A DNA stretch of 53,185 nucleotides, filler included, from Diploschistes diacapsis (Eukaryota), in assembly GCA_023645945.1 (NCBI GenBank). It is 4 parts of 4 records of this genome, joined end to end, with 100 filler letters (N's around TTAATTAATTAA, not from the genome) between each part and the next. Parts side by side here need not be neighbours in the genome. Positions count along the whole stretch, not along the records: positions 26,662 to 39,877 come from JALAIB010000679.1; positions 39,978 to 53,185 come from JALAIB010000680.1; 2 more parts are not named here. One strand, given 5' to 3'. Shown here one piece after another: positions 35,291 to 45,872 of this stretch; the first letter of the stretch is position 1, and the number at the start of each line of letters is the position of its first letter. The position numbers and the translations under genes were made by a program. The notes under the pieces were generated by a model. That model saw only the letters and a list, made by a program, of their open reading frames with translations, searched no databases and was not told the DNA's origin.

Positions 35291-38200
35291 ATGGGCTCAA
35301 TCACGGTTTCCAAGGAAGGACACAAGGTCTTTGATATACGCCAGTCCGAAATCAAGTCCTTCATTCTCGAAGAAATCCAGAAGCAGCTGCATCCTGCAGG
35401 TGGGGCAGAGAAGCAGTTGCCAACACTGCTACTGTACGACGAGAGGGGGTTGAAGCTCTTCGAAGACATTACCTACCTCGAGGAATACTACCTCACCAGC
35501 GTTGAGCTAGGACTCCTCGATCGTTTCGCTAGGCGTATCGCAGAGCGTATTCCGAGTGGAGTTCAATTAATCGAGCTCGGCAGCGGGTGAGAATTCCTCC
35601 TCACTTTTCTCCTTCCCCTCTACCGGACCCTTTGGCCTAGCCCGCACACTGCTTGGCGGCGTAGAACACCATGAAAGAGGAGTCGCTAATGGTGAGGCAT
35701 AGTAATCTACGTAAGACAAATTTACTGCTGAAGGCGCTTGACGAATCCGGCAAGGATGTTGACTACTACGCTCTCGATCTGTCTTTGTCGGAACTGGACC
35801 GAACCCTTAGTGCAAATCCTCCGGGCACGTTTCGGCATTTAAAGTGCTACGGCCTATATGGAACATACGACGACGGACTTGAGTGGCTGAAGTTGCCACG
35901 CAATAGGTTTAGGCCAAAGGTGGTTATGTCGATGGGATCGTCCATTGGGAACATGGAACGCCAGCAGGGCGCCACGTTCCTGAGATCCTTCGCTAGCCTG
36001 CTGCAACCTAGCGACATGATGCTTGTGGGTGTGGACGGCTGTCTCGACAAACAGAAAGTCTACCCTGCCTACAATGATAAGGAAGGTGTCACTCATGAAT
36101 TTTATCGCAATGGGCTGCGCCATGCTAATACGGTCCTTGGTTTCGACTTATTTAAGCAGGACGACTGGGAGATTGTGGGGGAGTTCGATGAGCACTATGG
36201 ACGCCACCAGGCGTTCGTCTCCCCCAGGAAGGATGTGGACTCCCACGGATTTTCATTTGTGGCCGGCGAGCGCATCCGGCTCGAGAATTCATACAAATAC
36301 TCCAGGGCCCAAAGGTCGACGTTGTGGAGTGAATCTGGGCTAACGCTCAAGGTATCGTATGCGGACAAACTAAGCCACTACTGTAAGTGGGCCGAACATT
36401 TCCTGCATCGCCTGCATCGTCGTTCCCAGTCCCCTGTGCTTTTCCTTTTTTTAAATTTTTTATTTGTCCGTCGGCTATCGCGCTCTAGGGCGGTCGGGTT
36501 CTTGCTCTGGGAACTAGGGAAGCAGGTAACGGGAAACTGTAACCGACGGTTGCTTGAGCAGCAAACATTCACATTCTTTTGTCTCGGCGTCAATTTGAGA
36601 TGCAATACGCTTGTCTGACGTAGTACGCCGCCTTGCTTCTAGGCTGTGTGCTTCTGTCTTTTTATTTCTCGTTTCCTCATAAGTATCACCGAGGGAGCCC
36701 ATAGTTGCTGACCTGCTTCTTCCCTACAGCCCTCAACCTTCTCTCACCTCCCATCATGGCCCTCTCTCTCGACCCCAGTGTATATGTGGCTACTCCTATC
36801 CCAAGCCTTGAAGATTTTCGCCAGCTATGGAAGACTTGGGATTTCGTGTCTCAGGAGATGCTGCCGCACGAAGAATTGCTCTCCAAACCCATAAATCTAC
36901 GGAACTGTTGTCTGTTCTATCTAGGCCACATACCGGCCTTCTTTGACATACATCTGACAAGAGCGACTTGCGGCGAGCCTACTGCGCCAGCCTCCTATCA
37001 CCAGATGTTCGAGAGAGGCATTGATCCGGATGTTGACAACCCCGAGCGCTGCCATGCTCACAGCGAGCTCCCTAAAGAATGGCCGTCTGCCAAAGAGTTG
37101 TTGAACTACCAGGTCAATGTACGTGAGCGAGCCGTTGCATTGTACGAGAATGGAATGGTGGATGAAAACAAGGCTGTCGGCAAAGCGATGTGGTTGGGCT
37201 TTGAGCATGAAGGTCAGCATTGTTCTGCGAATAATATCTTTTTAATAACCTCTCAAAGCCATGCATATCGAAACCTTTCTTTATATGCTACTACAGAGCG
37301 ACAAGATTCTTCCTCCCCCTGGCGCTAGACCAGATTTCGAAGCTCTCGCACACGAAGCACGATTTAACTCCTCACCGAATAAGTGGATAAGCATACCGAA
37401 TAGGACAATCACGATCGGTTTGGATGAGAAGAAGGATGGTTTCTGGGGGTGGGACAACGAGAAGCCAGTACGGACAGCCACCGTTCCTCCATTCGAAGCT
37501 AAAGCGCGACCTCTGACAAATGGTGACTATGCGAAATATCTTGCCGAGTCAGGCAAAGATTTGATTCCGAAGTCGTGGATAGTAGAGCCATCAAATAACC
37601 ACAGGGAAGATGACGGCTCAGTGATCAACGGACACGCGGATTTTGCTCACAGTGATTTTTTTAGCTGCAAGTTTGTCCGGACATTGTACGGCCCGGTGCC
37701 CCTGATATTGGCTCTCGATTGGGCTGTTGTGGGCTCGTACGATGAGCTGGCTTCTTGTGCAGATTGGTTTGGTGGTCGCATTCCTACAATGAAGGAGGCG
37801 CGAAGCATGTATGCGCACGCAGAAGAGCTGAAAGCAAAGGCCAGCCGTCACGTCCATGCCACTCCCGACAGGCCCGAACCTGCAAAGTCAGCGGCGCCAA
37901 ATCAACTTCATACCGACCTGCATGGCTGCAATGTGTCCTTTGCGAACTTCCATCCTTTGCCCGTTATGTTAGGGACAGAGGAGCTGGCTGGTTTGTCAGG
38001 ACTTGGGGGCGTCTGGGAGTGGACTAGTACGCCCTTGGAGAAGCACGATGGGTTCGAAGCCATGGAGGAGTACCCTGCGTATACTGGTTAGCTATATCCT
38101 CGATAGGCGCTACTCTTTACTGATACGAAGCAGCCGATTTCTTTGATGGCAAGCACAACATTGTCCTTGGCGGGTCCTGGGCTACACATTCGAGGATAGC

Positions 38201-38386
38201 GGGCCGGAAGAGCTTGTAAGTACCGCCCACTTGCTCAACTATGATTGTCTAGGTTTCAGAAACCGCTATCATCATCTCAAGCCATAGAAGTTTCAGTTGT
38301 TAACGTTTTCAAGCACGAACTGGTACCAACGCAACTATCCCTACGCCTGGGTTGGCGCACGCTTGGTTCGAGATGTTCAAAATTAG
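35291..38386 (+). CDS. EGT1: Ergothioneine biosynthesis protein Egt1 (histidine methyltransferase + sulfoxide synthase), 5 introns
   Basis: Exons 35291-35586, 35703-36382, 36730-37212, 37259-38086, 38134-38215 and 38314-38386. Motifs LPTLLLYDERGLKLFEDITYLEEYYLT, IELGSG, FYLGHIP, FERGIDPDVDNP, HEAMHIETFLYML and FGE-like GGVWEWT...NWYQRNY. Confidence 0.95.
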
Positions 38387-38866
38387 GTTACGAATCGGAC
38401 ATTGAATTCGAGAGAGTCTACAAAGGCAGCAAAGCCCAGACTGAGTGAGCGGAGAGTGGGCTGCGAATAACTATTAGGGCGGCATGCTGCTTCGAAGGTC
38501 GGGTCCAACTTTCGTCACTACGGCATGAACCAGTACATGGTATCTTCGCACACCAAAAGCTTTGTTATGAGAAAGAGATAAAAGCGGTAGATGAGTTCCA
38601 ACGTATAGAAGCATACCCGGCACTACATTAAGAGGCTTCTAGCGCATATATGCATTCATCCCTCTGTTGTCGTGAAATTGAACCGTTGCGCCAAAGTGGG
38701 TATCATTTTCTTTTCCACTGCATACTAGGATGCTTGCCTTTACCAATGCCACCAACCGTTATATCCTGAAGTTCCATACCGCCAGTCATAACTTGTTGTT
38801 CCAAGTCACGCCCTTCCAGATCCCTGTACCACTGACTCAGAAAAGCATATACCCGGACCAGTATCC

Positions 38867-39877
38867 TCAGAGAGCCATGAATAGTGGTATCTCATCCGCT
38901 GCCCTCCGTATTCTCCCCAAGGCCAAGTCCCTGTCCCTCTCTCCTCTACCCTCACCTTCCAACTTGATTTTTCTATCCCCGCTCTTCCTCGGACTGCGCT
39001 TCTCATTGTCACTGATCCCGATAATCTTCCCCTTGCTACTCTCCAACTTTGTCTTTCTCTTTGCTATCGATTTCGTATCGTTGCAAGTCGGAGCCGGAGT
39101 ATTACCGGAAGCAAGAGCACGAGCAGGAGAAGCGGCGGAGTTTCTGTCGAGGTTGTCAAACTCCTCGAACAGCTTGCTCAGAGCAGATCTCTCCATACGA
39201 GGAGGAGGACGACCTGACCTGCTTGTTCTTGTATCCGACGCGGGCTCGGACCTGATAACCCCCTTTCCATAGCGCTCGGGCTTTCCTTCGAGCTCATCTT
39301 GGAAGGAGACGGAGAGTCCTGGCCGTGTTTTCTTTCTCCTTTTTGCTTGAATCTGCGAATCTCGCACTTTGGCCGGGGCGCCGAGATCTTCCGAGTCGCT
39401 GCTCTCGCTGACATCTCCCCTATCTTCTGGTTCCCTACCTTTACCCCTGCCCCTACCCTGTTGTTCTAAGCCGCCCTCCCTTTTCCCAAATCCTGCAAGC
39501 CCAGAGTTTCTCGTCATCTCTGATGCTCTCGAGCGCGGCGCTGCATATCCCCTCGCCGCCCTCGTCCCGGACTTTATCCCTTGCATTCCCACCAGCGACA
39601 CTCCCGTACTTTTCTCCAGGCTGGAGCTAGTGCTCATCAGCGACGCGAGGTGCGTGCCGCGCCATTGGTCTGTAGGCTGATTCCGGGCTTTCGCCACCAG
39701 GCGCTGGACCTCTGCTTCTTCGTCGGCCTCTTCGTCCTCATCATCCTCCTCACCACCCTCCCTTTCTCTTTTCTCCCTTCCATCCCCATCGCCGCTATTC
39801 TCGTCACCCCTCTTTCTCCCCTTGTCTTCCTTGGCTATTCCTTTCACCCCGCTCCTCACCAGCGCCGCCCCCACCCC
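38867..39877 (-). CDS. Hypothetical low-complexity protein, 5'-partial
   Basis: 335-aa open frame running from the gap to a stop, charged and low complexity, ending DEIPLFMAL. Confidence 0.6.
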   Translation of the reverse strand, partial: GVGAALVRSGVKGIAKEDKGRKRGDENSGDGDGREKREREGGEEDDEDEEADEEAEVQRLVAKARNQPTDQWRGTHLASLMSTSSSLEKSTGVSLVGMQGIKSGTRAARGYAAPRSRASEMTRNSGLAGFGKREGGLEQQGRGRGKGREPEDRGDVSESSDSEDLGAPAKVRDSQIQAKRRKKTRPGLSVSFQDELEGKPERYGKGVIRSEPASDTRTSRSGRPPPRMERSALSKLFEEFDNLDRNSAASPARALASGNTPAPTCNDTKSIAKRKTKLESSKGKIIGISDNEKRSPRKSGDRKIKLEGEGRGERDRDLALGRIRRAADEIPLFMAL

Positions 39878-39977
39878 NNNNNNNNNNNNNNNNNNNNNNN
39901 NNNNNNNNNNNNNNNNNNNNNTTAATTAATTAANNNNNNNNNNNNNNNNNNNNNNNNNNNNNNNNNNNNNNNNNNNN
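39878..39977. other. Artificial contig linker
   Basis: 44 N + TTAATTAATTAA (39922-39933) + 44 N. Confidence 0.98.
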
Positions 39978-41103
39978 GGTGGTGGTGGTGCGGTATATGT
40001 CGACAGCAGGTGTTAGGTACCGGGTGGAGAAGAAGGGCAGCGCAGGTACAGATGTGGGTGCTAGAGCGATGGGAATCAGGATGGGAGGAACAGCATGAAC
40101 GGACGGGCGAGCTAACAACCACTAGTTATAGCAGGGGAAACGAGACGGGGGAAGCCACCAGCTCTTCCCGTGTAAAGAGACCGCAGACCTTGAAGCGTGC
40201 AAGCATAGCGTGATCTGTTATTCTTCCGTCTGCAGCTAGCTCCTTTTCCCGCTTTGCTCATTCCCTTTGTGTGCTCGCGCGCTCGTGCTACACTTGGACA
40301 ACGCTCCGTTGTACGCCGAGCCTGAATCTCCACCGCAAAGAGCAGAAAAGTCCTTCGCTGCCGCCAGATAGCCCAACCACGACACCGCCTCGCGTATCCC
40401 CGAGAACAGCAACGACGCAAAACCATGGAATCCGGACAACGACAAAGCCACCATCACCACCATCCGATCGTATTATTCTTCAGTGCCCACCCATCATCAA
40501 CTAAGCTTGGAACCCCCCATTTGCACAAAACGAACGAAGGGGGAATCTACCGCCTAACCTGCCACGCGTAAAAGCGAAAACAAAGACTCGAATCGATCGG
40601 CCGTCTCCCGTAGCATTGCTGCCCTGTTGTTGTATTTCTAGTAAAATATAGTAGTGGATTTGCACTCTATCCTCAAACCCACCCAAACGCCGGGCCGAAT
40701 GCTGGAAAAGGCGCAGAACTGGTATCCCGAAGGGAGCAATCTGGATTTTAGTTCTGTAAAAGAGGAACCGTGACGCCGAGCTGGAATGTAAACAAGAAGA
40801 TAGACAAAGGAAATAATGGAAAAACTCGCAATTGGCTGGAATAGATGAGCCCCCCATTTTTTTTCTTTCGAAGTCTTGTTCGAAACTTTTGTAAGCTTCA
40901 GAACAGTGTCGATTTGCTTCTGTATAGTTCGGGAGGAGCGTCGTATTAAGGAGAGTAGAGCGATTAATATCTGTCGTATGGCCAGATATTTGTTAACCAG
41001 CGGTGGTTGCATGCCCATGCTGCCAAATCGGTGAACTCTTATCAGACCGAAGCAGTCGGCCCGTCCGCATGGCTCCAAAGCAACCATTCAGTAACGGGCT
41101 CGC

Positions 41104-43202
41104 TCATAGCTCCTCCCCAATGTGCGGCAGTCCAGCTCCCGCAACGTTCGCATTCACGGCATTCGTATTAATTGGCATACTCATGTTACCTTTCAGGTCT
41201 GGATTGCACGGCGGCGAATGCGTCTTGTGGTATTTCAAACCATTCAAGTTCTTGTATCTCTTGCCGCAGTGGTCGCATTTGTACGGCTTCTCCTTCTCCA
41301 TGCCCATTGTTCCCGGGTAGGGAGAAAGAGTCTCTGGGTTGACAATCGAGTACGTTCCGTCGGCGTTCTCATGCAGTTGCTGATTGTTATGCCCGTGCTA
41401 GAAAAGTATGAGCAAAAATGTTTTTTGGGTTAGAGGGCCGGAGGACGACTTACCGTTTTGTGGTACTTGAGGCCGTTCTGATTCTTGTATGCCTTTTCGC
41501 AACCAATCACAGGGCATCTGAAGGGCTTTGGTTCCTCGCCATTCAAAGTGTCGGCAAGTCCAACCTTCTGCTGCCGCTCTCGGATCCGCCGTGCGATGTC
41601 GCTATCGGGCCCATATTGTGCATTACCGAGCCGTTGATGCACCGTCTGCTGGTCTTGAAGTCCCGCATTTGGGCTGATGAGCCGCTTGGCGGGATCGTTG
41701 ATGTAAACCTCGGCAACATTACCGTCGTTGCCAAAGCCGAACGCAGGCATGTCCGTTTGCGGCATCATATAACCCGGGGTCTCCATGGACATGCTGCCCA
41801 CATCCCCCACGAACTCGGAATCCAGCTCGCGAGGCGTTCCCGGCGCAGATGAGTCCGGAGTCCTCAGCTGGTGCTGGCGAGGATGCGCGGTCAATGTTGG
41901 CGTGTTGACCGAGGAAACGGTGGGATTGCCATGGTACGGTCTTCCGCCAGCAGAAATAGGGGTACCGGGCTGCGACTGGCGGATCCCTTGGAAATTCTGC
42001 AGCGGATTCCCCAAGTTGTTTAGGTCCAACGGCGGGACCCTCCCCTGCTGCTGAGCAAATCCAGACTGCTGCCCGAACGCGTGCCCGTTGGCCAGAGGAA
42101 AGCCGCTGTTCAGGTTCGCCATCCCCATGCTCGGGTCAAAGTTGTAGTCGTCGATATCGTCCATTTCCATGTCCTCTACCGCTTCCATCTCCTGCGAGGC
42201 TTGATAGTGCGTCTTGCTCTGACCTGGAGTCGTATGTGCGCTTCGGTCGAGCCCCGTGTGCTGCAGCATCGATCCCGGTCGGGTCTGTATGGCAGCAAGG
42301 TTTGCGCTCGCATGAGGTGGTTGGCTTGCTTGAGCCGGAGTCGAGGGGGTGACGTTCTGCGCTTTGGGGGTTGTTTGCACGTTTGGCATTGCCATGCTCG
42401 AGTGCTCATGCTCGTAGTGCGAGAGGAGGTCATGCAGCGAGGGCAAGGTGATTCCACAGCAAGCGAAATCCCTCATGAAGTTTGCTTCGAGCTTTGGCAG
42501 GTACGACGAAGAATGGTATGATGGCGACCGGAAGCCTCCCGAGAATGGCGATGTACCCTGCATGACGATGCTACCAAGTCAACACGGACGCGCACAAACG
42601 GTGAGGACACAGACTTACTCGTTTTGGATCCAGCTGTTCATTGAGTTTCCTCCCCAGCTCATTCCAGCCATCAGGCTACCAGCCGCATTGCTCTCACGTC
42701 GTTGCTGCTGGCGCCCAGCATTGCCCATCGATATTGGCATGGCGCCGCTGGTGTACTGCGGTGTCAAGCCGGACATGCTGATCGAGTCATGACGCCCTTT
42801 ACCCGTGTCCGGTCGCATGATGTTTCCCGTTGCGCTATGCAGCGCGGAAGTTAGATTAGAACTGTAAGGCGCCGATGGATCGTTCCGCATAGCCGTCCCT
42901 GTCGGAGCAGTGCCATCCATGCTATCCAGCGGCGGCGACTGCCCAAACAGAGGAAATGGCGGTTCTTCCAAGTCAGAGTCGAGTATCGCAGAGTCGGCAA
43001 ATAGCTGCGGAGATTCGAACCCTGGCGAAGACCGGTGCCACGAGAAAAGCAGGTCCTTCTCTCGCGCAGCCTTTCGTGGGAAGGTGGATGCGCTAGTAGC
43101 CCTCGGGGTGCTGACTGGAGTGGTTTCTGCCGGTGATACGCGATCAAGTTCACTCGCGGTGGGTGAATGGAGTAAAGGTGGCGGAGTATCTCGGGAATCC
43201 AG
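41104..43202 (-). CDS. SFP1: Split C2H2 zinc-finger transcription factor Sfp1, 2 introns; first ATG 42920, candidate CTG start 43202
   Basis: YLPKLEANFMRDFACCG...LHDLLSHYE, KPFRCPVIGCEKAYKNQNGLKYH and EKPYKCDHCGKRYKNLNGLKYH. Introns 42618-42571 and 41453-41398. Confidence 0.93.
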
Positions 43203-43389
43203 CTTGAGAGATGACGGGTGGTAGTGGGATGTGTAGAAGAGGGCGAAACAGTATAAGGTAAGAGACGGAGCGGGGGGTGTTTTTTTTTATTCACTATGTG
43301 GCAATGCTAAGACTGGATCGTCGGTTTTCTATAGGCTGCTGTTTGTGGATATAAGTCCGGCGGCGCGAACCTTGGGTAGAGAAATTGGA

Positions 43390-43443
43390 TAGTAGAGTAG
43401 TAGTAGTAGTGGTGGTGGTGGTGGTGGTAGTGGTAGTAGTAGT
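43390..43443. repeat. Compound (TAG)n/(TGG)n microsatellite upstream of SFP1
   Basis: Direct reading: agtagtagtagtagtggtggtggtggtggtggtagtggtagtagtag. Confidence 0.85.
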
Positions 43444-43681
43444 TGGTGAGATGAAAATGGGAAGTGAATGAAGCCTTGTGATACAGTGGTAAAGCTGAAT
43501 GAAGGTCCTCCAAAAAGTATATCTACTACACCTCAAGAAGAACGAGATAGAAGAAGCAAGATGGAAATAATTCAGCGTCAAATTGATATTAATATTAGTA
43601 GTTAGTACCAGTAGTGTGGGAAGGAGCGACGTATGTCATAATGTTAGATTGGAGACATGGGAATATTATTATTGAATGGAT

Positions 43682-43722
43682 GAGAGAGAGAGTGAGAGAG
43701 AGAGAGAGAGGGAGAGAGAGAG
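43682..43722. repeat. (GA)n microsatellite
   Basis: Interrupted GA run. It reads as a CT-rich tract on the SFP1 sense strand. Confidence 0.85.
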
Positions 43723-45872
43723 TCGGGTCCAGCAATAGGAAATCACCATTATTATTACGGTACGATGGCCAAATAATATTAATCATTAATTCATTAATTA
43801 ATTAATTAACTTATTTAACTAATAACGGTCTCTTAATATTGCGCGCCACTGGACAAAGTCCGGCTCCCTGCACGCATTCCCATCCTCTACTGGCGCCCCC
43901 ATGCTCTCTCGATGGGATACATATTATGTACATTGATCAGATCAGATTCCCCCAACTCGATCATTGGCAGTCTTGTCATCCACTCACCACAAGGGCCTTT
44001 GCCGCGCATCCGCTTTCCTCTCCTTTGGCCTCGAACCTGCGCACCATGCTGGTGAGGAATGAGAGGATACGAGCGGTCGGCATGGGCCATGGGGTATAAG
44101 ATCGTGAAAACCGAAATGGGCGCCAAACACAACAAGAGGGCTAGACAGAGGCCCGAGATTCAAACCGGGACTGACACGGCTCTAGAAGTTCCTTGGAGGA
44201 ATTGCCAGGCCTAAACAGAAAGCTAGCAATGTTCCGTACCAATCGGAGGCCAATGGGCGACCAAGAATGGGCAATACAGTAAGCACTGTACCGAATTAGG
44301 CATCTTCTTTGCCATGCGACGGCCATGTGGGATCGTCTTACCCTCATCTCTTTCCAGACTTCCAGACTTCCCAGACTTCCAGTTGTGAACAAGGCTCGGT
44401 AAAGTCATGTAATCTTGTATCCGTTGTGTACCAGCAATATATACCGATGTTGATACGATCTTCTTTTTCCAGTTGCTAGGCAGTCCCTCTGCAAGGTTTC
44501 TCTTCATTGGCCAAGCTACAGAGTACGTCGTAGTTGGCTTCGCATCGTCCCATTCACACCGATCCCGCGGCCTCGGATGCCTTGCTCCTTTCCTAGTCTG
44601 TCCTGACCTGCCTAATTAGTTTGGATTAAGGTCGAAGCTTGACTCGCGTGGCAGAGGGCGAAACAAGGCCAACAATAATAAGCAGTGTTGATCACCGTTG
44701 TGGAATCCTCTTGCACTCAGTACAAGTCATGTTCTCACTGTTCAGTTTGCTGCAATCCACACTTTCAGTCTTCAGATCACCTTCGGCAGCTAGCCGTGTC
44801 GTGTGACACGTCCTTTGCACTGTCACTACCGGCTTGTGTCAGGTTGTTGGGACAAGAAGCCGCTTCTAGCCATTCCATGTGGTTCTTGCATCGTACGCTG
44901 TAAGCAATCTGCCTCAGAAGCTTGGGCCTCTACGTGTCGAAATTAAGACCGGCAAAGGTTTGACACAAAGCCCCAAATGCAACTCACGTAACCAATCATC
45001 AAGCTGGCCTCGTGGATGGGTGGCTCGAATCCCGTACTTTGTACTTGCAACTTTGTACTTTGCAAGTCGAATCACACCACAGGGATAATCACGTTTTGCT
45101 GTATCGCATTCGTGCCTGCCTCAATGAATGCGTGGGCATCTGCCGCCCGAAGTCGGAGAATGTATGAAAGAGGAAGCCAAAGCAGTAGTGTTGCCGTGGT
45201 AGCCACTGAGGACGGCTGCGAAAAGGAGCAGTTACCACACGTAATCCTGCTGTCTTGTTATTTTGCCTTTGCTGACCGCATCTCACCCTGCTGTCGGGTA
45301 TGTTGCCCGTAGACAAGCGTAACGGTAGGGATAATTGCAATCCCATCGCCCTGTAATAGCCGGGCTGTGGCCGAGGTAACGACTTCATCGCGGCAGATCG
45401 TAATGGAGGCTAGCTCTGAAATATAGGCATAAAGTGGTGCAAGAGGTGTCCGGTGTGCAAATTAGTTTTGATATCGCCTGCCTGGGTAGTGAAGCTGCTC
45501 GCGATTGTAAGCATGGCCTGACCTCAACTCGCTGCGTGAAAACCGCGGCGAGTGGGTATTTCTCATAACGTTGTGATAACCTCAAGCGAAGCCGTAAGGC
45601 TGATACTGTCGAGGACTGGCGATGTGACCCGCACAAACCTGAATACCTGTTGGATAAATTCACCACCTGGAGCAGTATATCGACTCTCTTCACTATCATG
45701 CTTAGGATCTCGGGCTGGTAGATGCGAAGAGTATAACCGTAGCCATCTGCAGAGCACTATGGTTTGTTTGCTGGACCATCGAATCCAAGCATACTACTGC
45801 TCATTCCCCTGACTCACCAAAAATAGCCCCTACTTACGCTGTGGTAGTAGAGAGCCACATCGGCCTGCAAAC

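Noticed and set aside
36383..36729. TPP riboswitch in the long EGT1 intron
   Set aside because: The conserved CTGAGA and ACCTGA...TAAT...CGNAGG core elements are not present in the required arrangement.
43780..43825. TTAATTAATTAA run resembling the assembly linker
   Set aside because: It has no flanking Ns and is embedded in a degenerate AT-rich (TAAT)n tract, so I treated it as natural low-complexity sequence.
43840..45870. Short ORFs and small tandem repeats between SFP1 and DUS3
   Set aside because: I see no protein motifs or consistent splice structure, so this is most simply a long divergent regulatory region.
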